Counted from the first letter of the stretch, positions 1 to 9,706 are shown. The stretch: 64,000 nt of DNA from Planctomycetota bacterium (GCA_043803805.1 JAZDJP010000031.1:1222-65221), one strand, 5' to 3'. Notes: generated by a model not told the origin, from the sequence alone. Program-made: numbers and translations.

Positions 1-51
1 CATATTTATTTCGGCCTTGTTTTTCGCCATCAACCGGGGTAGGATTTTGCC

Positions 52-180
52 ATGGCCCGCATCGCCCGTGTCGTCGCCGCCGGATACCCCCATCATGTCA
101 CCCAGCGCGGCAACCGCCGGCAGCCGGTGTTTTTCCGGAATGAGGGCCGCCAATGGCCCCGGAGAGAAGGACACGCATGA
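52..180 (+). pseudogene. IS200/IS605-type Y1 (RAYT-like) transposase, N-terminal remnant only
   Basis: ATG at 52 reads MARIARVVAAGYPHHVTQRGNRRQPVFFRNEG, then a stop at 178-180 (43 codons). From memory, the PHHV.QRGN.RQ..F motif is the N-terminal signature of IS200-like/REP-associated tyrosine transposases. The rest of the gene is missing. Confidence 0.4.
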
Positions 181-2309
181 ACGACAGTATTGACTCATCA
201 CAGGTTCGGCCGGCGGAAATGGCCGTGGCCCGTGCTTGGGCCGACCTGCTCACCGCCGCGCCGGCCCAAGCGGCCAGCGCCCCGGCTCGGGGCGAGGCGG
301 AACGCCATTCCACCGACGTGCCGTTCAGTTTCACCCGCGGCGCCTGCTCAAGCCGCGATTGGCTGAATCTGGAAAACGCCGGCCGCGAGAGCGGTGACTG
401 GGAGGGCGGCAAGCGGCTTCATCGCTTGAGTTGGCGCGACCCGGAGACCGCCCTTTCCTGCACCATGGAGCTCACGGAGTTCAGCGATTTCCCGGCCTTG
501 GAATGGGTCATCCGCCTCCGCCATGAGGGCCGCACCGAGACGGCGCCCATCGCCAATTTCAAGGCGCTGGACATCTTCTGGAAAGGTCTGAAGGCGGGCG
601 AAATTCCCGAGTTGCGGCGTTCCCTCGGCAGTGACGGGCGCCATGACGACTTCCAGTATGTGCGCGACGATCTGCGGCAGTCCATGTGGGATGCGCCGCG
701 AAGGGTGCGCATGGATTCCGCCACCAACACCGCCTTCCGCAAAGCCCGGAACGGCTCTCCCTCGTTCCTGACGGCCGACGGCCGCACCTCCGCCACCTGG
801 CTGCCGTTCTTCAATCTGCGCACCGGCGGCGACGGCATCCTCTGCGCCCTGGGTTGGAGCGGTCAGTGGTTTGCCGAGTTCGCCCATGACGGCGCCGGCA
901 AGACCGACATCTCCGCCGGCATGGAGCATCTTGAACTGAATCTTCGGCCGGGGGAGGAAATTCGCTCCCCGCGCATACTGCTTCTCTATTGGCAGGGCAT
1001 GCATCTCCATTCACAAAACGTACTGCGGCAGTTCGTGCTGAAATACCACAGCCCGCGCGTCAACGGTCGGCCCGTGGAGATGCCGATCTGCAACGGTTCC
1101 TGGGGCGGCACGCCGACGCCGGGGCACTTGGACGCCATCCGCCGGATCGCCCAGCATGGTTTGCCCTACGACTATTACTGGGTCGACGCCGGCTGGTACG
1201 GAACCTCAAGCAAGCCGTGTCCGAGCGTCTTTGATGGCGATTGGGGAATCACCGGCGACTGGCGCGTCAACCGGAATTATCATCCCAATGGGTTGAAACC
1301 CATCAGTGACGCCGCGCGCCGGGCCGGTATGAAATTCCTGTTGTGGCTTGAGCCCGAACGCGCCAAACACGGCACGCCCGTCACCCTCGATCATCCGGAA
1401 TGGTTCCTCCGGCGCACTCAAGAGGAGCCCAAGATGAACGACGACCTGCTGTTGAACCTCGGTAATCCCGAGGCCCGGCAATGGGTGGTGGAAACCGTCT
1501 CGTCGCTGATCACGGAAAACGGCATCGACTGCTATCGGGAAGATTTTAACATCGATCCCGGTCCGTTCTGGGCCAATGCCGACGAGGCCGGGCGCAAAGG
1601 GCTGGTGGAAATGCGTTTTGTTGAAGGGCTTTACGCCTTCTGGGACGAACTGCGTCGCCGCCATCCCGGACTGCTTATTGATAATTGCGCCAGCGGCGGC
1701 CGGCGGCTTGATCTGGAGACCATTGGTCGCAGTGTCGCGCTGTGGCGGACGGACTACAACTGTTTCCCGTTCATGAATCCCGATGCCTCGCAACTCCACG
1801 GCGCGGGGCTGAATCTCTGGCTGCCCTTGAATGCCACCAGCCCGACGGCCAAACCGGGCGACACCTATCAAGCCCGCTCCGCCTATTCGGCCGGCTTCAT
1901 CCTGAGTGTTGAGGAGTTTGGTGTCAGCAACTGCCGGGCGCCCGATTTTCCCTGGGATTGGTTCCGCAAGCGGATCGGCGAGGCGAAACGGCTGCGACCT
2001 TATTTCCTCGGCGATTTCTATCCCCTGACGCCCTGCGTCATGGATCCGGAGTCCTGGATGGCCTGCCAGTTGCTCGTTCCCGGAACGCAGGAAGGCGCGG
2101 TGCTGGCGTTCCGCCGGGCCGAGAGTCCCATGACCACCGCAAGCTTCCAGCTTCACGGTTTGGAGGCGACGAGCACGTACGAGCTCGAGAGCGCCGACAG
2201 CGGACAAACTCGGCAGACGACCGGCAGTGAATTGATGACGACGGGGCTGGTGATCTCGATTGCCACCCCGCGTGCCAGCCAACTGCTGTTCTACAAACTC
2301 CTTTCATGA
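153..2309 (+). CDS. Glycoside hydrolase, GH36-like alpha-galactosidase
   Basis: 718-aa ORF. YDYYWVDAGWYG, CYREDFNIDP and LIDNCASGGRRLDLE resemble the catalytic-barrel motifs of clan GH-D/GH36 enzymes. The true start is probably an internal Met (177 or 219), because 153-180 overlaps the transposase remnant. Confidence 0.65.
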   Translation: MAPERRTRMNDSIDSSQVRPAEMAVARAWADLLTAAPAQAASAPARGEAERHSTDVPFSFTRGACSSRDWLNLENAGRESGDWEGGKRLHRLSWRDPETALSCTMELTEFSDFPALEWVIRLRHEGRTETAPIANFKALDIFWKGLKAGEIPELRRSLGSDGRHDDFQYVRDDLRQSMWDAPRRVRMDSATNTAFRKARNGSPSFLTADGRTSATWLPFFNLRTGGDGILCALGWSGQWFAEFAHDGAGKTDISAGMEHLELNLRPGEEIRSPRILLLYWQGMHLHSQNVLRQFVLKYHSPRVNGRPVEMPICNGSWGGTPTPGHLDAIRRIAQHGLPYDYYWVDAGWYGTSSKPCPSVFDGDWGITGDWRVNRNYHPNGLKPISDAARRAGMKFLLWLEPERAKHGTPVTLDHPEWFLRRTQEEPKMNDDLLLNLGNPEARQWVVETVSSLITENGIDCYREDFNIDPGPFWANADEAGRKGLVEMRFVEGLYAFWDELRRRHPGLLIDNCASGGRRLDLETIGRSVALWRTDYNCFPFMNPDASQLHGAGLNLWLPLNATSPTAKPGDTYQARSAYSAGFILSVEEFGVSNCRAPDFPWDWFRKRIGEAKRLRPYFLGDFYPLTPCVMDPESWMACQLLVPGTQEGAVLAFRRAESPMTTASFQLHGLEATSTYELESADSGQTRQTTGSELMTTGLVISIATPRASQLLFYKLLS

Positions 2310-2316
2310 ATTGCTG

Positions 2317-2345
2317 TTGACAAACCGCCGCTTCCCAGACAAAAT
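2317..2345 (+). promoter_or_regulatory. Candidate sigma70-type promoter (TTGACA-N17-CAAAAT)
   Basis: TTGACA at 2317-2322, a 17-nt spacer and CAAAAT at 2340-2345, about 22 nt upstream of the 2368 start. Confidence 0.35.
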
Positions 2346-2367
2346 GATTTAGTCACAAGACGAGAGG

Positions 2368-4575
2368 ATGCTCTCTATGAAACCGTCTGCCTTTTTCAGC
2401 GCGCTGTTGGTTGCCGCGTTTCTCGCCTTTTGTTTTTACGGACGATCCGCCGCGGTGGAGGTGCCGCCTGGTTTCCACTACCCGCCCGAGGAGATTTACG
2501 ACACGTCGTCGTCCCCCGACGAGGCGCTGGTCAACGTCAATGTGGCCGTGAACCGCTGGCCGGATTGTTCCACCGTGAAGTCCGCCATCGAGGACATTTT
2601 CCGCATCGAGGGCGTGAAGGACGCCAAACGCGATGAAGACAGGGCTTTCGCGCTCTGGAAGTGGATGCGGATTCTGCTGAGCGCCACCGGCGGCCCCTAC
2701 ACGTGGGAAGGTCTTGCCGGGAAGGAGCGGATCGTTCACGACCCGCACAAGATTTTCACTGTTTACGGCCGTCACATGTGCGACGGTTTGAGCTGGGTGA
2801 TGGCTCCGATGTGGCGCGCCGCCGGCTACATCGCTTTCGACGAATGCACGCCGGGTCACACCATCGCCTCCCTGCGGTACCGGGATGACGACGGCCTGAT
2901 GCGGTTTCACGATTTCGATCTGCAGAGCCGTTTTTTTCACTGGGACGACACAAACAAACGCGTCGGCACGTGGACGATGCCGCTCATCGTCCGCCGGGTG
3001 CATCGGCATCTCCTGGCGCCCCAGCGGCTTCATTCTTTACGCACGTCGCTCCGCGTGGGGGAAATCGTCGAACGCCGGTGGGATAACACCGGGCACGTGA
3101 TTCCCGGCCGGGACGAGAAAGCGTTCGATGCCGAGGTGGTGAAGAGTCCGTACTACCTTTACCAGCCGGGCCGGATGGACGGCGTTTACGCGACCTCCGG
3201 CGAGGAGTTTCAGACGTTCGAGGCCGACGCCGCTCCGGCCGGGTTTGCTTCCGCGCTCTACGAAGGATCGGCGAACACGGCCTGCTCGGCGCCGGCGGAA
3301 GGCAAGGCCGCCTTGCATCCGGCCAAGGCCGGCGAGACGGCGGTGTTTGTTTATCGCCTGAGATCGCCTTACCCGGTGGTCGACGCCGTTTGCGAAGCGG
3401 CGCTTCTGAAGGGCGATGCCGCCGACCTGTGCCGGTTGTCCGTTTCCACGGACGGCGCCGATTGGAAGCCGATCGTGACGAAGGAAAAAACCGGCGAGGA
3501 AAAAGTGGCGATCGCCATCGGCCGAGAGGCGCGCATGGCGAAACAGCCCGACGTCTACACGGCCTACGATTTTTTCGTCAAGGCTGAGTTCAAGGCGGCC
3601 CGCGGTGTTTCCTCGGTGGGGATGAAAGGATTGAAGCTGACGATCCACCGCCAGCTCAATAAGCGCGCCCTGCCGCATCTCCGCCCCGGCGAAAACTGGG
3701 TCCGGGTCACCGCCGACCGCCTGGCCGAGGGGCTGGCTCTGGAGTTGGAAATCCGCTACACCGTGAACGGCGAAGCGCAAAGCGAGAAATGTCTTGTCCG
3801 GCGTTTTCCGCATTACTTCAAGATCGTCACGCCCGATGTTCCCGAACAGGCGCTCAAGAATTACGATCAGAAGTTCAATGACGGGGCGCTCCGGATGTCG
3901 GCCGTCCGGATGCGCCTGGTCGGCGCCGCGGGAGCCGCCGTGAGCGCGTCCCTTCCCGAGGTGGAAGGGCTTGCGGCTTTTGCGAAGAGCGCGCCGCATC
4001 CCGCCGATCTCAAGAGTCGCGGCAACGTCAAGACACCGGAGACCGACATTCGCCAGACCAATGGGTTCTTCCCGCAAAGCAAGGTGGTCCTGGACGACGA
4101 CGCGGCCATGAACGAGCGCATCCCAAAACTGAAGTCCAAAAATGAAGTGGAGACCTGGAGGGTTTCGGAGGAACTTGGCAACTATCCCAAATCGGTTGAT
4201 GCGCTCTGTGCCGCGTTGCCAAAAGCGAACATCGACATGACGCTTTTTATTTGCAAGGCACTCGCCCAGATCGCCGACAAAAAAGCGGTCGGGCCGCTTC
4301 TGGAAAAGTGGAAAAACGTTCCCTCCGGCGCGCCGGGCACCCGGTATATTCCGGACGCGCTCGCGGCGATCGGCGACCGGAGCGCGGTTCCGGCGCTCAT
4401 CGCTCCGCTGAAGAGGGTGCGGTTTGATTTCCGCTTCCACATCGCTTATGCCCTCGGGGTGCTCGGCGGGCCGGAGGCCGAAAAGGCGCTCGAAGACCTG
4501 GCCGCGAACGATCCCTTCCCGGCGGTGAAGGAGTATGCCGGGGAAGAGTTAAAAGCGCTTCGAGCCCGGCGCTGA
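2368..4575 (+). CDS. Secreted protein with a possible transglutaminase-like core and C-terminal HEAT/PBS-lyase-type repeats
   Basis: N-terminal hydrophobic signal (SAFFSALLVAAFLAFCF). CDGLSW...GHTIASLRY...FHDFD could be a Cys-His-Asp core. The C-terminus (IPDALAAIGDRSAVPALIAPL, IAYALGVLGGPEAEKALEDLAANDP) looks like HEAT repeats. Confidence 0.5.
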   Translation: MLSMKPSAFFSALLVAAFLAFCFYGRSAAVEVPPGFHYPPEEIYDTSSSPDEALVNVNVAVNRWPDCSTVKSAIEDIFRIEGVKDAKRDEDRAFALWKWMRILLSATGGPYTWEGLAGKERIVHDPHKIFTVYGRHMCDGLSWVMAPMWRAAGYIAFDECTPGHTIASLRYRDDDGLMRFHDFDLQSRFFHWDDTNKRVGTWTMPLIVRRVHRHLLAPQRLHSLRTSLRVGEIVERRWDNTGHVIPGRDEKAFDAEVVKSPYYLYQPGRMDGVYATSGEEFQTFEADAAPAGFASALYEGSANTACSAPAEGKAALHPAKAGETAVFVYRLRSPYPVVDAVCEAALLKGDAADLCRLSVSTDGADWKPIVTKEKTGEEKVAIAIGREARMAKQPDVYTAYDFFVKAEFKAARGVSSVGMKGLKLTIHRQLNKRALPHLRPGENWVRVTADRLAEGLALELEIRYTVNGEAQSEKCLVRRFPHYFKIVTPDVPEQALKNYDQKFNDGALRMSAVRMRLVGAAGAAVSASLPEVEGLAAFAKSAPHPADLKSRGNVKTPETDIRQTNGFFPQSKVVLDDDAAMNERIPKLKSKNEVETWRVSEELGNYPKSVDALCAALPKANIDMTLFICKALAQIADKKAVGPLLEKWKNVPSGAPGTRYIPDALAAIGDRSAVPALIAPLKRVRFDFRFHIAYALGVLGGPEAEKALEDLAANDPFPAVKEYAGEELKALRARR

Positions 4576-4651
4576 AGGTGTCCACTCGCTCGTTCTCCAT
4601 CCCCTGTTTCCCCATTGCATAACAAACTCCCGGCGGATACCATGAAAACCC

Positions 4652-5536
4652 ATGGATCTCCGGGTCTACATCGACGGGAAACTGGTTCCTCGGGAAAAGG
4701 CCGTCGTCTCCGTTTTTGATCACGGTCTCCTGTACGGGGACGGAGTCTTTGAGGGGATCCGGGCTTACGGCGGGAGGATTTTCCGCCTCGGCGAACACGT
4801 CCGGCGCCTCTACGATTCGGCCAGGTGCATCCTTCTCAAGATCCCTCTTGCGCCGGCCGCCATGGAGAAGGCCATCCGGGACACCCTTGTCGCCAATCGT
4901 CTCAAGGACGGCTACATCCGGGTGGTGGTGACGCGCGGGGTGGGCACGCTCGGGCTCGATCCCGACCGGTGCCCGCGTCCCTCGGTCATCATCATCGTGG
5001 GCCACATCGCCATCTACCCGGCGGAGGTGTACGAGAAAGGGCTCGACATCGTCACGGTGCCGACCCTGCGGAATCATGCCGCGGCCCTGAGCCCCCGCGT
5101 GAAATCCCTCAACTACCTCAATAACATTATGGCCAAGATCGAGGGGAAAAACGCGGGGACGGTGGAGGCCCTGATGCTGAATCCCAGCGGCTTCGTGGGG
5201 GAGTGCACGGGGGACAACATCTTCATCGCGAAAGACGGCGTGGTGCGCACCCCGCCGCCTTGGGAGGGGATATTGAAGGGAATCACCCGGGGGGCGGTGA
5301 TGGAACTTGTCCGGAAGCGTCGCATCCCGCTCGTGGAGGAGCCTCTCACCCGCTACGACCTGTTCGTTGCGGACGAGTGTTTTCTCACGGGCACCGCGGC
5401 GGAGGTTGTCCCCGTTGTCCGGATCGACGGGCGCGTCATCGGGGAGGGGCGTCCCGGACCGGTGACGAAGCGGCTTCTCGCGGATTTCCGGCGGCTCGTG
5501 CGCGGGCCGGCGGCCGGTGGAAAACCATTGCGTTAA
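4652..5536 (+). CDS. ilvE: Class IV (branched-chain/D-amino-acid) aminotransferase
   Basis: 294 aa. VFDHGLLYGDGVFEGIRAY, the YIRVVVTRG region and NYLNNI are typical of the IlvE/Dat fold-type IV family. Confidence 0.8.
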   Translation: MDLRVYIDGKLVPREKAVVSVFDHGLLYGDGVFEGIRAYGGRIFRLGEHVRRLYDSARCILLKIPLAPAAMEKAIRDTLVANRLKDGYIRVVVTRGVGTLGLDPDRCPRPSVIIIVGHIAIYPAEVYEKGLDIVTVPTLRNHAAALSPRVKSLNYLNNIMAKIEGKNAGTVEALMLNPSGFVGECTGDNIFIAKDGVVRTPPPWEGILKGITRGAVMELVRKRRIPLVEEPLTRYDLFVADECFLTGTAAEVVPVVRIDGRVIGEGRPGPVTKRLLADFRRLVRGPAAGGKPLR

Positions 5537-5546
5537 CGGGGGAGTC

Positions 5547-7058
5547 ATGCCGTACCTGCGTGTCAAGACGGGTCTCTTGAAGGGGAAGGTCTTCGAGATC
5601 AAGGACGATCCCATCTCGATCGGGCGCGACGAGACCGAGACCGTCCACATCGTGGATCACGCCGCCTCCCGGAAACACGCCGAGGTCTTCAAGATCGGCG
5701 AGATGTGCTTCGTCCGCGATCTCGGGAGCCGGAACGGCACGTTTGTCAACGACGGGAAGGTGGATGAGGAGCTTCTCCGCACGGGCGACAAGGTCCGCGT
5801 CGGGAACACCATCTTCGTGTTCGACGATGTCCCCCCGGGCAAGGAGGACGAGTCGCTCCTGAGCGAGGACGACTTCACCGACGAAGGCGTCGGGACCACC
5901 TACGAGGTCTCCCTTTCCAAGGAGACGACCGGCATGACCCGGATGTCTTCCGGGTCTTCCGGGGAGTCATCCCCGGCGCGCCTGGCCACGCTCTACCAGG
6001 CGGCCAAGGTCATGAGCTCCGAGCAGGGGTCCCAGGAGCTTCTCGAAAAACTCCTGGACCTCGTCGTGAGCGCGACGAACGCCGACAGCGCCTACATCTT
6101 CATCCGGAAGGACGCCACCGGCCAGTACCTTCCCGTCGCGATGCGCGCCGCCGAACGCACCAAGATCAGCCGGAGCATCATCCAGAAGGTGATCGAGCAA
6201 TCGCGTTCCATCCTCACGACCGACGCCCTGGCGGACCACCGCTTCAAGGCGAAGGACAGCGTCATCTTGAATCGCATCCACTCGGTCATCTGCGCGCCGC
6301 TTGTGTCGCACGCGGAGATCCGGGGCGTGCTCTACGTCACGACCACCAAGATGGGCCGGCCGTTCACCGAGGACGACCTCGAGTTCGTGACCATCCTCGG
6401 GATGCAGGCGGGGATATCCCTCGAGAACGTGAAGAGCTTCGAGCGGCAGAAGGACCTTCTCATGAATACCGTCCGGACGCTCGTGGCGGTGGCGGAACTT
6501 CGCAACCCGGCCACCCAAGGTCATTCCGAGCGCGTGTCCACCTACAGCGTGGCCATCGCCGAGGAGTTGAAACTTCCCCGGAAGGACGTCGAGCGGATTC
6601 AGCTGGCGGCGCTCCTCCATGACGTGGGGAAGGTGGCGGTGCCCGACGGCGGGCTTTCCAGCCTCGGGCGGCTCCAGAAGGAGGCCCCGGACAAGTTGAC
6701 GGAGCACGTTCTCGCGGGGGAGAAAATCCTCCGGAACATCGGCGGGATGGAGGACCTCATCCCGGGCGTCAAACACCATCACGAGAAGGTGGACGGCTCG
6801 GGCATCCCCGACCGCCTGAAGGGGGACGCCATTCCGGTCGCGGCCCGCATCATCGCGGTCGCCAACGAATTTGACCACACGGTCGCCTCCGGCGGCGGCG
6901 ACACCGGAGGGTTGCCCATCAAGGAAGCCCTCATCGAGATGGGGAAGAAGGCCGGCAAGGAATACGATGACGCGGCAATCAAGGCCCTGCTTATCGCCCA
7001 CCGGAACGGCACGTTGTTCTCGCCCAAGACCATCTCCAGGGAGGAGGTCAAGGCGTAG
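5547..7058 (+). CDS. FHA - GAF - HD-GYP signalling protein
   Basis: FHA: ISIGRDETETVHIVDHAASRKHAEV...GSRNGTFVNDGKV. A central GAF-like region follows. HD-GYP-type: HSERVSTYS...LLHDVGKVAV...HHEKVDGSGIPDRLKG. I chose the start at MPYLRV (5547) rather than 5517, which overlaps ilvE. Confidence 0.85.
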   Translation: MPYLRVKTGLLKGKVFEIKDDPISIGRDETETVHIVDHAASRKHAEVFKIGEMCFVRDLGSRNGTFVNDGKVDEELLRTGDKVRVGNTIFVFDDVPPGKEDESLLSEDDFTDEGVGTTYEVSLSKETTGMTRMSSGSSGESSPARLATLYQAAKVMSSEQGSQELLEKLLDLVVSATNADSAYIFIRKDATGQYLPVAMRAAERTKISRSIIQKVIEQSRSILTTDALADHRFKAKDSVILNRIHSVICAPLVSHAEIRGVLYVTTTKMGRPFTEDDLEFVTILGMQAGISLENVKSFERQKDLLMNTVRTLVAVAELRNPATQGHSERVSTYSVAIAEELKLPRKDVERIQLAALLHDVGKVAVPDGGLSSLGRLQKEAPDKLTEHVLAGEKILRNIGGMEDLIPGVKHHHEKVDGSGIPDRLKGDAIPVAARIIAVANEFDHTVASGGGDTGGLPIKEALIEMGKKAGKEYDDAAIKALLIAHRNGTLFSPKTISREEVKA

Positions 7059-7108
7059 ATCCGGCCGGCCCTCCCGAGTTTTCACGAATTTCCAGATGGA
7101 GGTTCTCC

Positions 7109-8287
7109 ATGGCGATTTCCGGCGAAGTCCGCATCGGTGTCATCGGACTGGGGCGCCGGGGCTTCCAGCTCCGGTTTGTGCATGATGTCGAAAAGGGGGT
7201 CCGCGTGGTGGCGGGGGCCGACCCGCTGCCGGAGGCCCGGGAAAAATTCCTGGGCTGGATGAAGACCTGGAACAAGGCGGCCGCGGACGTCGCGTCCGAT
7301 TACCGGGAACTCCTCGCCCGGGCGGATATCAACGCGATTTTCATCACCTCCTGCGACTACCTCCACGAGGAGCACGCCATCGCGGCGCTCCGGGCCGGCA
7401 AGGCGGTCTACCTCGACAAGCCCATGGCGATCACTCTGGCCGGGTGCGATCGGATCCTCGAGGCCGCGGCGGCATCGGGCGCGCTGCTCTTTGTCGGCCA
7501 CAATATGCGTTACGCCCCGGTGATTCTCCAGATGAAAAAACTCATTGATTCCGGCGCCATCGGCGAGCCGAAGGCGGCCTGGTGCCGGCATTTCGTCGGC
7601 TATGGCGGCGACGCCTACTTCAAGGACTGGCATTCCGAGCGCGCCAAGACCACGGGGCTACTTCTTCAGAAGGGGGTGCACGATATTGACGTCCTCCACT
7701 GGCTGGCCGGGGGCGCCTCCCGCCGGGTGGTGGGAATGGGTGGGCTCACCCTGTATGACAAAATCACCGACCGCCGGTCCCCCGAGACCCGGCCGGATTG
7801 CTCCTGGAATGACGCGCACTGGCCGCCGTTGTCCCAGACGGGGCTGAGTCCCGTCATTGACGTCGAGGACGTGAGCCAGGTGCTCATGCAACTTGAAACC
7901 GGAGGATTCGCCTCCTACCAACAGTGCCACTACGCGCCCGACCAGTGGCGGAACTACACCGTCATCGGCACGGAGGGGCGCGTTGAGAACCTGGGGGATT
8001 CCCCCGGCGAGGCCGAGGTGTGTCTCTGGGACCGGCGGGTGGGTTATCTGCCCCGGGGGCAGAAGCAGTTTCCCATCCCCCAAAGCGAGGGCGGTCACGG
8101 CGGGGCGGATCCCTCCATCGTCGCGGAATTTATCCGCTGCCTCCGGGGGGGGGCAAAACCCCGGACGAGTCCCGTTGCGGCGCGGGACGCGGTGGGCGCG
8201 GCCTACCAGGCGACAATGTCCCTTCGGGAGGGTTGTGTTCCCAAGGACGTGCCGCCGGTGCCTCCGGAACTCGCGGCGAAATTTTAA
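7109..8287 (+). CDS. Gfo/Idh/MocA family oxidoreductase
   Basis: Rossmann N-terminus IRIGVIGLGRRG and a VYLDKPMA motif; 392 aa. Confidence 0.8.
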   Translation: MAISGEVRIGVIGLGRRGFQLRFVHDVEKGVRVVAGADPLPEAREKFLGWMKTWNKAAADVASDYRELLARADINAIFITSCDYLHEEHAIAALRAGKAVYLDKPMAITLAGCDRILEAAAASGALLFVGHNMRYAPVILQMKKLIDSGAIGEPKAAWCRHFVGYGGDAYFKDWHSERAKTTGLLLQKGVHDIDVLHWLAGGASRRVVGMGGLTLYDKITDRRSPETRPDCSWNDAHWPPLSQTGLSPVIDVEDVSQVLMQLETGGFASYQQCHYAPDQWRNYTVIGTEGRVENLGDSPGEAEVCLWDRRVGYLPRGQKQFPIPQSEGGHGGADPSIVAEFIRCLRGGAKPRTSPVAARDAVGAAYQATMSLREGCVPKDVPPVPPELAAKF

Positions 8288-8298
8288 GAATGAATCGG

Positions 8299-8368
8299 CC
8301 CGCTCATGGTTCGTGGTTCGACAGTTATATTAATTGTTAAGGTGTGCTCACCATGAACGGGATTTCAT
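8299..8368. repeat. ~70-bp hairpin repeat (GCTCATGGTTCGTGGTTCGACA - AT-rich loop - GCTCACCATGAACGG), copy 1
   Basis: Near-identical to 16829-16897: the 22-nt and 15-nt arms are identical, and the arms are partly complementary to each other. Confidence 0.75.
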
Positions 8369-8391
8369 CGCGTGGGGGTTTCCCTCGGCCC

Positions 8392-9249
8392 ATGCTTCGC
8401 ATCGGCGATTATGAAGTAATTTCGATCGACGACGGGTTATTCCGCCTCGATGGCGGCGCCATGTTCGGGGTCGTGCCGAAAACGCTTTGGGAGAAAGTCG
8501 CGCCGGCCGACGGGAAAAACCGCATCCCGCTCGGGGTCCGGCCACTCCTGATTCGCGGCCGGGGGGAGACGGTTCTCGTGGACGCGGGCCTCGGCGACAA
8601 GGAGGACGCGAAATTCGATGGGTTTTTCTCCGTGGAACGCCCCCGGAAACTCATGACGGCGCTCGCGGCGGCGGGGGTGCGTCCGGCGGACGTCACCCGG
8701 GTGATTTTCACCCATCTCCATTTTGATCATGACGGCGGGGCGACCCGGCGGGAGGGGATGAAGGCCGTCCTTGTGTTTCCGAACGCCCGTCATCTCGTCC
8801 AGCGCATCGAATGGGAGGAGGCCACCCATCCGAACCGCCGCACCCGGGGGAGTTACCTTCCCGAGAACATCGGCCCGCTCGGGGAAAGCGGAAATCTTGA
8901 TTTGTTGGATGGGGACACGGAGATCCTGCCGGGGCTTCGCGTCCATGTCACCGGCGGGCACTGCCGGGGCCATCAGATGGTCTTTATCGAGGGTGGCGGC
9001 CGCACGGCCGCGTACTGGGGGGATCTTGTCCCCACGGCGGCGCACCTCCGCGTTCCCTACGTCATGGGCTACGACCTGTTTCCGATCGAGGTGATGGAGG
9101 GGAAGGAGGCGCTTCTCCCGCGCGCGGCGCGGGAGGGTTGGATCAACTTCTGGGCCCACGATCCCGCGATCGCGGCGTCGCTGTTGCGGGAGGAAAATGG
9201 AGAAGTGGTTCTTGGCGATGAAGTCAGTGCCGTGGCTCGTGGTTCGTGA
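8392..9249 (+). CDS. MBL-fold metallo-hydrolase
   Basis: HLHFDHDGG (HxHxDH) motif. The start is moved to MLRIGDYEV (8392), because 8344-8391 lies inside the repeat element. Confidence 0.8.
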   Translation: MLRIGDYEVISIDDGLFRLDGGAMFGVVPKTLWEKVAPADGKNRIPLGVRPLLIRGRGETVLVDAGLGDKEDAKFDGFFSVERPRKLMTALAAAGVRPADVTRVIFTHLHFDHDGGATRREGMKAVLVFPNARHLVQRIEWEEATHPNRRTRGSYLPENIGPLGESGNLDLLDGDTEILPGLRVHVTGGHCRGHQMVFIEGGGRTAAYWGDLVPTAAHLRVPYVMGYDLFPIEVMEGKEALLPRAAREGWINFWAHDPAIAASLLREENGEVVLGDEVSAVARGS

Positions 9250-9294
9250 CTCGTGGCTCGCAGAAAATCGGAAACGATAAACTGGAAGTCATGT

Positions 9295-9567
9295 ATGGGA
9301 ATTGGCAATCAGGGATCGCAAAATCATCAGGAAGGAAATCGCCCCTCACGGCACTACAACTCGCCTGTGTTTAGAACTGCGGCGATATTGGTGGCAATTG
9401 CCTTCCTTTGGTATGTGTATCACACTTTCAAGGTGGGTAAGGGGATCTGTGAAACGTGGTTCCAATTTTGTTTGGCGCTTGTGTTCTTGGCCTATGGCAT
9501 TGGTGGAAATAAAATTGCTGATCGGATTGGGGCTATATTGTTCCGGTGGCAATGGCCAAAACGATGA
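9295..9567 (+). CDS. Small two-TM membrane protein (orphan, AT-richer)
   Basis: The ATG at 9295 gives 90 aa with two hydrophobic helices (AAILVAIAFLWYVY, FQFCLALVFLAYGIGG). It is visibly lower in G+C than its neighbours. I recognise no homology. Confidence 0.35.
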   Translation: MGIGNQGSQNHQEGNRPSRHYNSPVFRTAAILVAIAFLWYVYHTFKVGKGICETWFQFCLALVFLAYGIGGNKIADRIGAILFRWQWPKR

Positions 9568-9575
9568 CAGAGGTT

Positions 9576-9706
9576 GATTTTCGCGTTTTCGTGGTGTGGA
9601 GTTGTCCGTACCCTTTCTGTAGTATCCTGTGCGACTTGCCTTCCGTGTTTCCGTGGTGCTTCTGTTTCGTGTTTTCGCGGTGATTTCGCGTTTTCGTGGT
9701 GTGGTG
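9576..9706. repeat. TTCCGTG/TTTCGTG short-period repeat block with flanking 23-24-bp direct repeat
   Basis: GATTTTCGCGTTTTCGTGGTGTGG (9576-9599) recurs at 9682-9704. Between them lies CTTCCGTGTTTCCGTGGTG. Same family as 45541-45593 and 47184-47387. Confidence 0.7.

Noticed and set aside
1206-5650. Long antisense ORFs 1206..2282(-), 2353..3033(-), 3037..4440(-) and 4397..5650(-).
   Set aside because: Each lies opposite a gene with recognisable motifs (GH36-like, HEAT-repeat protein, ilvE) and has Arg/Pro/Gly-rich composition.
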